From: the human T2T-CHM13v2.0 reference genome, Homo sapiens
Assembly: GCF_009914755.1 (NCBI RefSeq)
Contig: NC_060935.1
Length of the DNA: 64,000 bases
Direction: 5' to 3' (one strand)
Shown: positions 30,508 to 47,588 of the stretch, in pieces
How positions within the stretch are numbered: the stretch's first letter is position 1
Layout of the letters: every line of letters begins with the position of its first letter
Position numbers and translations under genes: made by a program
The notes under the pieces: model-generated
The model's database searches: none
What the model was told of the DNA's origin: nothing
The model's input: only the letters and a program-made list of their open reading frames with translations

Positions 30508-31181
30508 AGCCTTGATGAACCCTGGGGGCCTTTCTCATTTTAACCATCTGTGATGCACTAAGTCAGTAGAATGAGCAGATCAGGAGGAGCAGCTGTGTGC
30601 TACTGAATACAACAGAAGCCTATGAAATCCTTTTCTTGCAGTGGGAGGATGTTTGAATTTTATAGTCAAACGCATTTTTTTCCCTGCTTGCAAGAACGTT
30701 TGTATTGTATTTCTTTGGGGAGCTTTCCTTTCACCTTCTTCCTTTTTTTTCTTTTTCCTAGTGACAAAAGATGAATTCATTTGTATTTTTTCCCTGTGTG
30801 ACTGGTGATCATATGGGGGTTGGGTTTGGAATTCCCCATTTAAGGATGGCCTGAAACACCTCAGTGCTAAAGAGCAAGCCTGGGAGGATGAGGAGAGGGC
30901 CACGTGGTGTAGGGAATAGTGGCAGTCATGCACAACAGGAGGGCTTCTAATTGATCTCCTGGGATGAGTCCTTGGTTTTCTGATTTGCTGTATAAAGTAT
31001 GTTCAGGTGCCTTGTGGAGGAGGTGCTGAATCATCTCACACTGCTCTCCAACTAGGTTTTAGCTTTTTCTGGCTTTCTTAGAGACACTTGGGGCCAGTTA
31101 ATTTTTTTGAAGAAAAGTTATACTCTGTATAGACATTGCATGCCCTCCCCAACACTTCATTGCAGCGGTTTTGTATCTCAG

Positions 31182-31296
31182 GTTTATTCTGTCTCTGGCC
31201 TCTTGTAAGAAGTGTCTCGTCATTGATGACCAGCTCAACATCCTGCCCATCTCCTCCCACGTTGCCACCATGGAGGCCCTGCCTCCCCAGACTCCG
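31182..31296 (+). CDS. NAT10: NAT10 exon 7 (FILSLASC...PPQTP)
   Basis: tcag|G ... CCG|gtgagt; 115 nt. Confidence 0.95.
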
Positions 31297-31397
31297 GTGA
31301 GTCTGTGCTGGGGTCCAGGAATCTGGGGGAGGCTACGTTTTCTGTGTTGTTCCTCCTGTGACAGTGACAGACCTTCCCCTTCTCCTCTCTCTGGTAG

Positions 31398-31505
31398 GAT
31401 GAGAGTCTTGGTCCTTCTGATCTGGAGCTGAGGGAGTTGAAGGAGAGCTTGCAGGACACCCAGCCTGTGGGTGTGTTGGTGGACTGCTGTAAGACTCTAG
31501 ACCAG
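31398..31505 (+). CDS. NAT10: NAT10 exon 8 (DESLGPS...CKTLDQ)
   Basis: gtag|GAT ... CAG|gtgagt; 108 nt. Confidence 0.94.
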
Positions 31506-31740
31506 GTGAGTGTGGTGCTCAGCACTTCCAACACAAAGGTAGTAAAACATAGCATACGGAGCGTAACAGAAGCCAAGGTACGTTGACTCAAGACCCAGAC
31601 CCTCCCTGGAGAAGGGGACTTTTCCCCTTGCTCATACTCGTGTGTGCTCAGCAACAGTAGGGCTATTTCATGTTGTGTGGGTTCCCAAAAGAAGTCTGGG
31701 GATTACCTCCCCCTAGTCAGGCTACAGATAGAGCAGATGA

Positions 31741-31910
31741 ATTATTATTATTATTATTTTTTAAAAGACGGAGTCTCACTCTGTCACCCAAGCTGGAGTG
31801 CAGTGGCATGATCACGGCTCACTGTAACTTCGAACCCCTGGCCTCAAGCAGTTCTCCTGCCTCAACCTCCTAAGGTGCTGAGATTACAGGCATGATCCAC
31901 TACATCTGGA
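31741..31910 (-). mobile_element. Alu monomer (FLAM-like)
   Basis: Single-arm Alu similarity. Confidence 0.75.
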
Positions 31911-34582
31911 CAGATTACATTGAAAGAGGAATCCTCTCACCACTTTTTCCAAGAGAGGGCAACATACCTGTGTTCTGAAATTTCAGTTAAGTTTTGATGA
32001 TATAAAGGCTTTTGCCTATAGCTTATTCAGAAGTGAGAGGAGAACTTGAGGCCCCTAGTCTGGTATTTACCCTGGTTCCAGTGCGAGGCCTGATGAGGGC
32101 CCTCTGGGGTAATACGTACCTGGTCTTTGAGTGCAAATAGCAGGCTGGGTGAGAGCTTACAGGTTGCATTTCTGTGCTCATTGAGGTGGTCTGCACTGGT
32201 AAACTTGGCTTCTCTGGTGGTTCCTGGGCCATGATGGGAACTGACTGGGCACAGCCCAGAGGTCTTTGAACTGTCAGGTGTGTTCAGGGTTCTAGGTCAC
32301 CCTGAGCCAAATGAGCAGCATGGGTCGCTGCCCTTGAGAGGGAAGATAGCTGCAGTGACACCTCCCGCTTAGGGCTGAGTCCCAGCAGGCTGGCTTCCCT
32401 TTTCATTCTGGAAATATGATCAGCAGCTACATAGCTCTCTATGCAGCTCCAGCTGCAGGCCCTAGGCTTTTTTGATTCACTTCCTGGTACCCTCTTTATC
32501 ACAAAAGAGAAGGAGTGAGTGATAGGATAAAGCAGGAGAAACTGATTCTAGTTAAGTAGTGTTATAAGAAAACAAATGGCCTATGACCAAAAAAAACCAA
32601 AAAGTTAATAGAAAAAGAGTACATAAAAAAATAAGAAGTGGTGTTTCCACTTGGCAGTTTCACTCTGCAGAAACAACTGCTATTAACAGTTTATTATGTA
32701 TCCTGCTGCCTCTTTTTTCATGCACATAAATGAATTAAATGCGAAGGGGTCATACTACAGAGTGTAAGTGGTCCCCTGTTAGACATTTCGATTGATTCCA
32801 GCATTTCCACTGTTAGAAACAGTGCTCTTAGGGGATTCTTACAGATAAGTCTGTGGGCACTATATTTAGGATACGTTTCCAGAAGAGAAGTTGCTGGATG
32901 AGAGGTTGTGTGTATTCAAATGGGTGTTGTACCAGTTGATGGAACTATCCAGTGTGTGGAAATGCCTTTTTCTCTACACCCTTGCAGCCGTGATTCCTAG
33001 TAAACTTGTAAGTCTTTACTAATCTGATATGAGAACATAGGACCGTTTTAATTTGTGTTGCTGCTTTAATTAGGAGAGAGGAGGGTACCTTCTTCATATA
33101 ATTATTGGTCATCTGTTGTTTTGTTGTTGTTGTTGTTGCTGTTGGTTTTTTTTTTTTTTTTTTTTTGGTGAGCCGGTCTGCTTATTTCCTCTGCCCACTT
33201 TTTACTTGGATTTTGGCCTTTTTTGTATTGGTTCTTCATTTTAGGATGCATTTTAGTCTAGATTTGGTACCATTCTGTTATGTCATTGGATTTTTCAGAG
33301 TTTATAACTTCTATAATATAAAACAAAATGATAAAATACAGCCTTCAGGCAAGGCCAAGTTAAATACGACCTGGATTCCCTTTGAGTATTTTCATCTGGA
33401 GAAACTCTGGCTTCCTGAAGCCTCTCCCCTTCCATCTACCTTGGCCTGTGTCTCTTCAGTGTCTTCTTAGCATCATTGCCTAGGCAAGCATGACAACTTC
33501 TCAGGACCATCTGGCCTTCTTCCCACCCTCAAACACCTATTCCCAGCACAGATCCAGCTGAGGAGCAAAGTTTGGCCCCTAAGTAGTTAGTGGCTCCTGT
33601 CCTTCAGTGTCACTGGCATCTTGCTTTTACTTCTAGGCGCTCCTGTAGGCACTGGGGGCCCAGCAGTAGACAAGAGGGATGCACCTGCTTCATGGAGCTT
33701 GCCTCCTAGTGAGATGAGACAGTCAGTAAATAAAAGACATGAGCAGACCATATGGTGAAGCAGAAGATGCTACGTACAATGGGAAGAAAGAAAAAGTTGC
33801 AAAGAGGGATAGGGCATGCCAGATGAGGGTGGGGCGCTGTGGTTCTACATACAGGGGCAGGGGTGGCCTCATGTAGGAGGTGATTTTGGAGCCAAGCCAT
33901 GAAGGAGGCGAGGTGAGGAAACAAGCCCTGTGGCTCTTGGGGAGCCACTGCTTCAGGCAGAGGAAGCAGCATGTGCATGGGCCTGGGGGAGGGGTGTCCC
34001 TCCGGTGTCCTAGGCCTGGCAGGGAGGCTGAGGGGCTGAAGCAGGGTGAGTAGGGGTGGAGGAGGAGATTTTTGGAGGATCTTTCAGGCCACTGGCAGGG
34101 CTTTCGCACTTACTCTATAACAGATGGGAGCAGTGGAGGCTTTTATGCCCATAGTCTCCTTTCAGCACAGCTGCCAGAGGCATCCCCAGGCTTCTTTTTA
34201 AGAGGATCGTCTGGCTGCTGTGTTGAATATAGACTGGTGGAGTGAGGGTGGCAGCAGGAAGACTGATCAGGAGGCTGCTGTCATGATGGAAGAAGGATAG
34301 GGTGGTGGCTTTGAGCAGAGCAGTAGAGGAGGATAGTGGTGTAAGTAAGAAATGGTAGGATTTTATATATGTTTTGGAGGTAACAGGATTCGCTGACGAA
34401 TCAAGTTATCAGGGAAGAATTGAGGAGGCTTTGGCCCAAGCAGTTGAACAGTTAGATGGGGAAGACTAGGTGGAGGAGGTTTGGGGCAACTTTAGGCGTT
34501 CAGTTTAAAGTTTGAGATCTGTAGTGTACAAATGGGAATGTACAGGAAGCAGTTGCATGTGTATAAAAGTCTGGTGTGGGCC

Positions 34583-35194
<612 letters not shown>

Positions 35195-35461
35195 GTCTGA
35201 TGTGCAGGGAAGTGGTCCAGACTGAAGCTGTAAATTTGAGTTATCAGCATCTATTAAAAATTGGTACCAAAGGCCTTGAGACTGAAATGAGATGACCAAG
35301 GGAGTGAGAAGTCCAGGTGCTGAGCAGTGCTTTCTGGCCTGCAAGAACTGCCGCCCTCTTATTTAGCCTGGCATCAACCTCACTTCTCCACAGTGATGGT
35401 GATGAATGGTGGAAACTTGGGTCTTTCTTGGAGTTCACCTAATATGTTTCTGTTTCCACAG

Positions 35462-35595
35462 GCCAAAGCTGTCTTGAAATTTATCGAGGGCATCTCTGAA
35501 AAGACCCTGAGGAGTACTGTTGCACTCACAGCTGCTCGAGGACGGGGAAAATCTGCAGCCCTGGGATTGGCGATTGCTGGGGCGGTGGCATTTGG
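35462..35595 (+). CDS. NAT10: NAT10 exon 9, Walker A (AARGRGK290S)
   Basis: acag|GCC ... GG|gtaagg; 134 nt. Confidence 0.96.
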
Positions 35596-36764
35596 GTAAG
35601 GGGATTCAGTCCCCCATCTTTAGGAACTCTGGGCTCTGTGGGGGTAGTGTGCAGGGTTGGGGTCAGAGGACTGGTATCTCACGTTCCTAGTTCTGAGTTC
35701 TGAGTGGGTTCAGTGTGTGATTTCTCTAGGTCTTGATTTCCTGCCAGGAAACAGCAGCACTGTTTCCCCAACCCACCCTAAAGGTGCATGTTTACTTGTG
35801 TGTACACACAGACACATATATACCAGGGCCTTTGTAATCACTATTTACAGTTGAACAAACATGCAGAGGCAAAGAAATGGGAGTAAGAAACTTTACAACT
35901 CAGGGCATGAGAATGTGTATGACCAGCCTTGCTGACTGAGAAAAGTACAAGTTTGACATTTTAATGATTTTGATTAAAAGAAGCTTTCTTTGGCTTCTGA
36001 GGAGCTGGTTTTAGGTGTGATGTTAGTTTCTGTTTTTTTCTACTGGGTTTGGAAGATACATGCAGCTGCCAATAGAGTATGTTCTTCCAACTTCTCGGCC
36101 ATAATAATGAACCTAGAACTTACTGTGTTTGCCTTTGTGCATTATCTTCCTTGGTGCTCTTTAGAGCTCTGTGGGCATTTTATAGATGAATCAACCTAGG
36201 TTTGGGGAGTTCCAGTGATTTACCCAAGATCCCCCAGCAAGTCAGTGCTGATAGAGCTGGGGCTTGAGCTTAGCTCCTGACTCCTTGTCCTTCGTTCTTC
36301 CTGCTGCTCTAGCTGTAACAGTCAGCCTCTTAGCCATTAGCATCTGCTGTTAGCATCCTTTATACTCAGCAAGGCAAAGCTAACTTGGAGGTTAGCTTTG
36401 GCCTTGGCCTGAGCACCGATTGAGCTCCCCAGCTTCACCATTTGAAAGCGTCAGCACAGCTAGTGATGAGCATGAAACTACTTCTTGTAGCAGTGCACTG
36501 GATTGGGAAGCAGTCTGTCTGTTCTGCACACCGAGGGCGTTGTCTCCACAGTGCTTCTAAGCAGCTTGCTTTCACAGATGTTGGTAGCTAAATGTCTGGA
36601 GTTGCTTTACTTTCCTTCCCAAAAGGTGTCCTGACTTTTTCCCTTGCTGTTACCTCTGGTTATCACCTTTGGGACAGGAGCAAACAAAAATATTTTCTTT
36701 TTTAAATTGTTTCTTTAAGATGTTCCTAATTTCTTAAAAATCCTTCTTTTATTTTGTTCTGTAG

Positions 36765-37204
<440 letters not shown>

Positions 37205-37304
37205 TTAAATCCAAGTGAAGTCTTTAGAATACTTGCTTACTTTCATAATATTTAGTTTCTGAAACTTGTTTCTAAAGTTTGTCATTGGTTTGACTCCCCA
37301 CCAG

Positions 37305-37403
37305 GAACATCTGGATTATGAGATTATCCAGTCTCTAAATCCTGAATTTAACAAAGCAGTGATCAGAGTGAATGTATTTCGAGAACACAGGCAGACTATT
37401 CAG
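37305..37403 (+). CDS. NAT10: NAT10 exon 11 (EHLDYEII...HRQTIQ)
   Basis: ccag|GAA ... CAG|gtgagg; 99 nt. Confidence 0.95.
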
Positions 37404-38682
37404 GTGAGGCTTGTTCTCAGACCCTGATGTGCAGGGCCAGTGTCTTGCTGTATTTAACTGGCTCTAAGATGTTTCCTGTTATAGACATGTATGTCTTGTG
37501 TAATTGCATGTCTTTTAGACAATGGTGGTGTTGTATGCTAAACCTGTTCCAGATTTTCAGACTCTTCTAAAGAAAAACATTCAGCAAACTAACAAATATA
37601 TGTAGTTAGATTGAAAAGTTGTGTTTTTGTCCTTTGAATATGGAATAAGTGGGGTGGAAAGTACGCTGATTAACTAAAAGAGAATCTTTCTTCTGACATC
37701 AGCTCTAACTTTGCTTAGTTATTGCAGTTTTTGAAATGTTGCATCTGTAACTAGAACAATAACCTTACAGCTTAAATGAAAAAAAGAACTTTGCAAAATG
37801 TGCTCTGAATCTTTGTGGTTTAGCCAGTGGCCTATTTTCTTTTTTAAACAGTGTTTTCCCAAAAGTTCTAAAAATCTCTAGCACTCTGTAAGCCTGAATG
37901 GTCTGCACTTGTCCAAAGGCTGCAGTTTTGCTAAATCTCTAAGAGAGGCATGAGGTGGTGGGCTTACAGACGGACTGAGACTAATGGGCTCTTACTGGAG
38001 GAGGTTCATTGATTATTTTTGGAATTGGGTTGGGAAGTGAGCCAGGTGAATTTGGCAGTTTATACCCTAGCACTTTATGCCTGTCAAAGCATATGTATAT
38101 GCATGTCAAGAAGTTATACCTTTTTATCAGAGGCCAGATTATAAACAATGTTAAGTGTTTATGCCTTTCACCTTAATTTTTTCTTACTAGCCTCTTTCTA
38201 GAATCTCTTCATTCTGTACATTTCTGCTCACTTTTGCTCGATTCCCCCAGCTGGGAGGAGGAAAGGCTGCTGTTGGTGAGGGTCAGGCTGCAGGCAATGA
38301 GAACACGGAGACCTGTTAAAACTCAAGAAAAATACACAAACCAAAGAAGGAAAACATTTCCCTGAAATACCCTGCCTCGGGCCTTGCTCCTTCTTGAATT
38401 TGTAATCAAATACTCTCTCATATTACCAGAGTTCTTTTGTCTCCAGTGTGAGCACAGAGGAGGTGACCTTACTTTATGAGACTCCATTTGTGTACCTTTC
38501 AGGCCTCTCTTTGGGCTCAAGATTGAGAAAAAGAAGAATATTAGATAAAAGTTGGCTTCACCTCCCCTGGGGGGCTGCTTTCTGCTGCTTTTATGAGATG
38601 CTTGTTTAGTTTTTCCCTTGAAGAAGACAAGATCTGGGGCCCTGTTGAGGATGTACATTCTGCTGCTAGAAATGAGCAGGGT

Positions 38683-39002
38683 TGGCCGGGCATGGTGGCT
38701 CATGGCTCTAATCCCAGCGCTTTGGGAGGCTGAGGTGGGCGAATCACTTGAGGTCAGGAGTTGGAGACCATCCTGGCCAACATGGTGAAATCCCATCTCT
38801 ACTAAAATTTAAAAAAGTTAGCCAGGCGTGGTGGCATGCGCCTGCAATCCCAGCTACTCGGGAGGCCGAGGCAGGAGAATTGGTTGAACCCGAGAATTGG
38901 TTGAACCCTGGAGGCAGAGGTTGCAATGAGCCGAGATCACACCACTGCACTCCAGCCTGGGCGACAGAGTGAGGCTTTGTCTCAAAAAATGAAAAAAAGA
39001 AA
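38683..39002 (+). mobile_element. Alu with an internal 17-bp tandem duplication
   Basis: gagaattggttgaaccc x2 at 38875-38908. Confidence 0.88.
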
Positions 39003-40465
39003 TGGGTGGGGTTGCCGCCTCCCTGGCCCATCAGCTTGTAGCAAAGCAGAACATCTTATTTGTAATGAAATAGTTCAAATGTATAGGAGCGTGCAGAGAC
39101 CAATATAACATTCAGGCACCCAACACTCAGGTTTAAGTATTGTTGACATTTTGATGTTTGCTGTGTTTGTTTCATATTTCAAATGTCATTTAGATTTTTG
39201 TTTTAAAGAACTAAAACATCACAAATACAGTTGAAGTCCCTCAACCCCTTTCCATCCTATTTCCTTCTGTCCCTCCCCATGGGTGACTTAGTTCTGATAC
39301 TGGTGTGTGTCCTTTCAGTTCATGTGTTTCTATGTTTACTACGTAATTATCTGTCCATAAGTGGAAACATACTGTACTTGTCCTCCTTCAGCTTTCCTTT
39401 TTTAACATTTGTTTTCAAGATCTATGCAGATTAAAGCTTGTAGATCTGGTTGATTGATCTTTAGGTATTATATGAGTAAATTATATTTACATGTATGTTT
39501 CTCAAAGTGGAGTTGTTGGGTTTTAGGATTGTGTAGTTTTCCAGCTTGCTTAAAATTTGCCAAATTCTCCTTCAAAGTGTTTATACCAGTTTACCCCCAT
39601 GCCAGCATTCATTTGAGTTTTAATTTCTCTAAGACCTCATCAACTCTGGATGTTTTAACAGCTATTTAAGTTTTGTGAAATGGTATCTCCCTGCTGTCTT
39701 TAGCATTTCACTGATTATTGTTGAGGTTGAATATCTTTGTTTATGTTAATTGGTTATTCAGGTTTCCTATAAGATACCTCTTCATTGCTTTTCAAACCAC
39801 TTTAAAATTAGCAGGAAGCCCTGAAGAAACTGAAGAGGTTGTTTGTATGCATAAAGATATGTAAGTGTTTATGTATTAAGAAAATAACAAGTTCTAGAAA
39901 TGTCCGTCAGTGCAGGGAGACTTGGCCCTTGTAATCATGCCATCAGAGCAGGGAGCACAGTGCCCGGCATGAGAAATCCGACATCCTCCTCTTTAGCCAC
40001 CACTGGGGTCGAGCTATGCCTCGAGCTCATCGGCTTTCCTTATCTGAGGCTGGGGGAAAACGTGAGGAGACAAAGGAGAGAAAGGAAAGGGAGCCACCAT
40101 CTATCTCTCAGCACTGTGAGTCAGGCACTGGGCAGGGCATCTTTATATACCTGCTTTATTTTTCCTTCAAGCAGCCATAAGATAGGTATTTCCTTCATTT
40201 TACAGGAGGAGGAGTCTGAGGCACTGTGGGATTAAGTGACTTGTCCAAGGTCATATGATCAGTGGCCGAACTCTCTGAACCCAGGTGTCTGACTCCAAGC
40301 CCATCCCATTTTTGCCCTGCCAGGAAAAAGTAGAAAGGAGGAATGAGAGGAGAGAAGGAAACAGGGAGAGAGAGGAAAGAGAACATCCTTTATGATGAGT
40401 CGCCAGTAATCACAGCTGTGACATGAGTTCACTATGCTAATAATCTAAATTTTCCTTCCCCATAG

Positions 40466-40602
40466 TATATACATCCTGCAGATGCTGTGAAGCTGGGCCA
40501 GGCTGAACTAGTTGTGATTGATGAAGCTGCCGCCATCCCCCTCCCCTTGGTGAAGAGCCTACTTGGCCCCTACCTTGTTTTCATGGCATCCACCATCAAT
40601 GG
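40466..40602 (+). CDS. NAT10: NAT10 exon 12, Walker B (VIDEAAAIP...STIN)
   Basis: atag|TAT ... GG|gtaagg; 137 nt. Confidence 0.96.
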
Positions 40603-41076
40603 GTAAGGTACTGTGGGCAGGAGTCCTTACTCCCGTGGCAGGCTCTTGCAGATTCAGGGGCATGTAGTGGATGTGGCCTGGGCCTGGACAGCCAAGTCTG
40701 ATTCTCAGAGTCTCTGAGTGTTTGAGGCTGCTTCATTCTCTACTGGGCTTCTGCAAATGGAAACTGGTCTCTTAATGAACTGTTACACGTCTCTGGCCCG
40801 ACATGAAATGGGCAGTGTAAGACTGAAGAATTTTAGTCTGATGTGCTGAGTGTCTGCTTCTGTCTGTAGGTGTGATAAAATGTTGAAAAATACATGGATG
40901 GTGATACCAATATCTTATATCTTAGAAAATACAGTATTAAAGTACTATAATTATCATAAGAAAGCAAGCTCATAATGACTTTTTTTAAAATTTGAAATAT
41001 TTAATTTTTTAATTAGAAATATTTAGTGTTGGCTATTGAAAAATTAGAACAGGTAAGCAAAAGAAAAATCACCTGT

Positions 41077-41398
<322 letters not shown>

Positions 41399-41664
41399 TC
41401 AACCATCTGGAGATAGATTTTGTTAGAATTTTGATGTACATTTTCTCTGCATTTATTTTACTTTTTTCATTTGAACAAGAAAAACATTTTTAATTTGCAT
41501 TTTGAATATAACAATATTGTGAAATCTTTTGAGGTCAGTAAATATGTATCTCCAATATTGGGAAGATTTCTGTATAGAAATCACATCTTGAAGAGATTAT
41601 TCTGTATGCAGATTTATTGTGACTGCTTTGCTTACACTGAAAATACTGAAATAAAATGGATTTT

Positions 41665-42980
<1,316 letters not shown>

Positions 42981-43814
42981 CTTAAATAAATAAATAGGAT
43001 ACTTTTGGGAGAGCTTTGTTATGTGGTGTGGAGAGTGGGCATAAAACATCTAGCTTTTATCATTATTTGAGTAAGAGGAAGTATTTTACAGTCTTTGAAT
43101 ATAATAATGAGTACTATGAAATGATGTAATGAAAAGTGCTGTGTGTACCCTGTGGTGACATATGCCTGTGACTAAAGACAAGGAGAAGAAAACTCAACAA
43201 TGAAAGCTGATTGAGTTATCAGATTATAGGTGATTTAATTTTTTTCTCAACATTTTTTAGCTATTTTATGTCACCTTATAAGTGGGCATAGCAATGAAAA
43301 GAATTACTGAGGTGGTGGATTTGTTTTATTTTCCAAACTGGAAATGTTCTCAGTTCATTTCCTTATGCACCGTACTTCTAAAAGCAGCTCCGTTAGTTGA
43401 CCATTTAACTTTGTTCCAGCTTCACTAAAACTGCCTAAAGCCTTTATGCTAAAGGCTTTACTTACATCCTTTTTCCAGTCCTTATTTTTTAAGTTCACAT
43501 CACAGTCCTGTGAGGTGTATAGAATAATCCCCTCTTGAAGATGAGGCGAAAAGAGATTCAGCTCCTTGCCCAAAGATACTAAGTAGATGAGCCAGGACGT
43601 GAGCCCAGGCCTGGGTGGCCCCAAGCTCAGCCACCGTGCCACCCTGCCTCCTTTGGACAGGTGCCTGCTATGCTGGAAGTTCAGAGATGAGCAAGGCTGT
43701 CCTGGGGGAAGCAGGGGTCTGGTGTTTCAGCAGGTGGAGGAAAGCAGCTCTCTGTCCCCTCCTAGACAGTGGATTTGGGACCTTGTGCCTGATTCCTTTT
43801 GCCTTTGTTTCTAG

Positions 43815-43939
43815 CTATGAGGGCACTGGCCGGTCACTGTCCCTCAAGCTAATTCAGCAGCTCCGTCAACAGAGCGCCCAGAGCCAGGTCAGCACCACTG
43901 CTGAGAATAAGACCACGACGACAGCCAGATTGGCATCAG
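43815..43939 (+). CDS. NAT10: NAT10 exon 13 (YEGTGRSLSLKL...RLAS)
   Basis: ctag|C ... G|gtaccc; 125 nt. Confidence 0.95.
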
Positions 43940-44382
43940 GTACCCCAGAACCTGACCCGGGTCCCGCGGTTCACAGCAAGGCCCTTCAGTCTTACTGATC
44001 CTCGCTTCCCCTGTGACATCATGGGAAGCACCAAACCTTCCCACCATCAGGCTGAGAGGTTGAGTCCCCAAGAGGAGAAGTAGCTTTTTTCGGAGGAACA
44101 GCAGTCCAGTGACCAGATGGGAGCCAGACTAGGGCCTTCTGATGGTGGGGCCCTTGTGTGTCCTTGTCTCAGGGCATGGTTGCATTGAGATCCCTTTGGG
44201 GTTGGTATCGTGGCAAGTTGAATATCCACCAAAAACAATTTTAAACCACCCAGTTTAAATTCTTACCACACGTCTCTGGCCACCATGGGACAAATATAAA
44301 GTGAAACATTTTTCCTTGCTTTTTTAGACAATACATATTTAATCATTGTTTCTTCTTTTGTGTGTGTGATTGTGGGGAGCAG

Positions 44383-44533
44383 CGCGGACACTGCATGAGG
44401 TTTCCCTCCAGGAGTCAATCCGATACGCCCCTGGGGATGCAGTGGAGAAGTGGCTGAATGACTTGCTGTGCCTGGATTGCCTCAACATCACTCGGATAGT
44501 CTCAGGCTGCCCCTTGCCTGAAGCTTGTGAACT
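44383..44533 (+). CDS. NAT10: NAT10 exon 14 (ARTLHEV...IRYAPGD...ACE), U12-type donor
   Basis: gagcag|CG ... CT|gtatcctc; 151 nt. Confidence 0.92.
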
Positions 44534-44631
44534 GTATCCTCCTCTGGGTTTCACTGGCCCTGTGAAAAGGAGAGGGGCGGTGAAAGAATTCAAAGGACTT
44601 GAGTCCTTTGTTTCATAGGATGCTGCTCTAG

Positions 44632-44985
<354 letters not shown>

Positions 44986-45126
44986 CTCTTCTTCCTTCTT
45001 TTATGTGTTTCTGCTTAGGACACTGAGCTCCTGTTCCCAGCTACGGAAATTTGTTCTGCCTCCAGAGAGTAGTATGACCTGTCTTCGGCTATTTGTTTTG
45101 TTTTGGTTTCTTAACTCCAGACCCAG

Positions 45127-45223
45127 GTACTATGTTAATAGAGATACCCTCTTTTGCTACCACAAGGCCTCTGAAGTTTTCCTCCAACGGCTTATGGCCC
45201 TCTACGTGGCTTCTCACTACAAG
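45127..45223 (+). CDS. NAT10: NAT10 exon 15 (YYVNRDTLF...VASHYK)
   Basis: tttcttaac..acccag|G ... AAG|gtaact; 97 nt. Confidence 0.93.
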
Positions 45224-46027
45224 GTAACTGCAGCTAGCCCTTGTGTGAATGGTAGCAGGGAGCTTCAGCATTTGGCAGTCCCCTTTTACTTGATTTGCAT
45301 ATTTTATTACCCAATGGCTTAGGTGACTGTTCCATTGGGACATTGATGAGTTCCACTGATCTTGCTGTGTGTAGGTATAGAGCATGTAGCTCCATGCAGT
45401 AACGGGACAGGGTGGAAAGCTGTGTCCATTTTTAAAGGAGTGCTTTCATTTCTTGCCTGCCTACTAAACTGATAGGATGAGGTGACATTGCAGTTGTGGC
45501 CCGGTGGTGCAGTTTGACCTGAGACCAGCTTTATAGCTCTGGGCTACTTTTATGGAACAGTGAATTTGAGGGTTTAGAATATCTGAGACTCTTAAAAACA
45601 AAAGGGTTGGTTAAAAAGGATACTTTTTGAATGTCTAGATAGTATTTTTATGAACAGCTTTTAATGGAAGGCTTGAAGAGTTGGTGTTAGAAGTGGTGAC
45701 AGTTTTTCCTGAAATAGCAGCCTCTTATCTGTAAAAAGTTCACTTCCTAGCTGTGAAATAAGTAGTGCTAAATAAATTCTCTTCTGCTGTCCAGCCTCAG
45801 TGCTCGGGGTGAGAGGACAGTAGGCATTTGAGGCTAAGTTCCACTTAACCTGTTATGAAGAGTCTCAGGCTTGCCAAAATACTAGAGAGGTGCTTTGCTG
45901 GACTTCTGCTCCTCACTTGGCTTTGGAGAAGGCCATACTGCAGTCATCCTGTGGTTCTGAATCGAACCTTTTGCGTAAAGGGCAAGAGGAAGAGTGCTTC
46001 TCACTGACCCGTGTTTGGCTTCCACAG

Positions 46028-46144
46028 AACTCTCCCAATGATCTCCAGATGCTCTCCGATGCACCTGCTCACCATCTCTTCTGCCTTCTGCCTCCTGTGC
46101 CCCCCACCCAGAATGCCCTTCCAGAAGTGCTTGCTGTTATCCAG
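46028..46144 (+). CDS. NAT10: NAT10 exon 16 (NSPNDLQMLSDAPAH...AVIQ)
   Basis: acag|AAC ... CAG|gtatag; 117 nt. Confidence 0.95.
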
Positions 46145-46872
46145 GTATAGGAGCAGAGGCGTCCTTGTGGCAGTGATTTGGGGAACCACTGAGGCATCAG
46201 GAATTAGTGGCTTAATAACTGCATTGTGGGAGTTTTGAAACTGTGGAGTCCTGGTCTGGAACCAAGGGGCTGGGTCTGCTGAGACAGGTGACTAGGGTGC
46301 ACTGGAAGAGGTTAGCGCCACTAGACACCCAAAGCTCCACTGTTGACGGACGGGGAAAAGCCAGAACCGACCGCTCTCTTATTTTGACTCACAGCTTCTT
46401 CCACAAACAGACTTGTTTGTTTTCTCCCTTTATTACAAAAGCAATACATGGTGCATTTTGAATTAGAGGCTACAGATTGGGGAACAAATTTTTAATGCCT
46501 AGCATGGATGTATTTATGCATTTCTATATCACTTTTCCTTTTCATATACATAGTAATCTGCTTTTATTTTTAGGCAGTGTATAAAACACTCATAATCTAC
46601 ATAAGTTTTAAAGCTGTGTAGTATTTCATTATATACATGTACCATGATTTGTTCAACCATTCACCTGTTAGACATTTTAGTTATTTTGAACTTGTGCTGT
46701 TCTGTACAGAGCCTCATGAGCATCCTGTGTCTTGATGGCCTTCACACACGCACAGCATACATAGAGACTCTCTTCTAATGTGGCTTTTACTTTTTGGGTC
46801 AGGAGGCTGTCAGTCTTCTGCCCTGTAACATGGGGCCTGGTAATTAAGCTCCTGTTAAGAATGGATGTGTCA

Positions 46873-47251
<379 letters not shown>

Positions 47252-47320
47252 CTATATTCTGTGAGTGGGCTCTGTATCAGAGTTGGCCTTTCTGCCTGCA
47301 CTGTCCTGCTTCCCCCACAG

Positions 47321-47422
47321 GTGTGCCTTGAAGGGGAGATTTCTCGCCAGTCCATCTTGAACAGTCTGTCTCGAGGCAAGAAGGCTTCAGGGGACCTGAT
47401 TCCATGGACAGTGTCAGAACAG
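47321..47422 (+). CDS. NAT10: NAT10 exon 17 (VCLEGEIS...GDLIPWTVSEQ)
   Basis: acag|GTG ... CAG|gtgacg; 102 nt. Confidence 0.95.
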
Positions 47423-47513
47423 GTGACGGGCTTTCCCTGGTGTGTCTGAGGGAAGCTGGTGGTGTCCAAAGATGTCTGTGTTGCTAAGTTACTGGTTTGT
47501 GTCTCCCACACAG

Positions 47514-47588
47514 TTCCAAGATCCAGACTTTGGTGGTCTGTCTGGTGGAAGGGTCGTTCGCATTGCTGTTCACCCAGATTATCAAGGG
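47514..47588 (+). CDS. NAT10: NAT10 exon 18, GNAT motif A (RVVRIAVHPDYQG)
   Basis: acag|TTC ... GGG|gtaatg; 75 nt. Confidence 0.95.
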
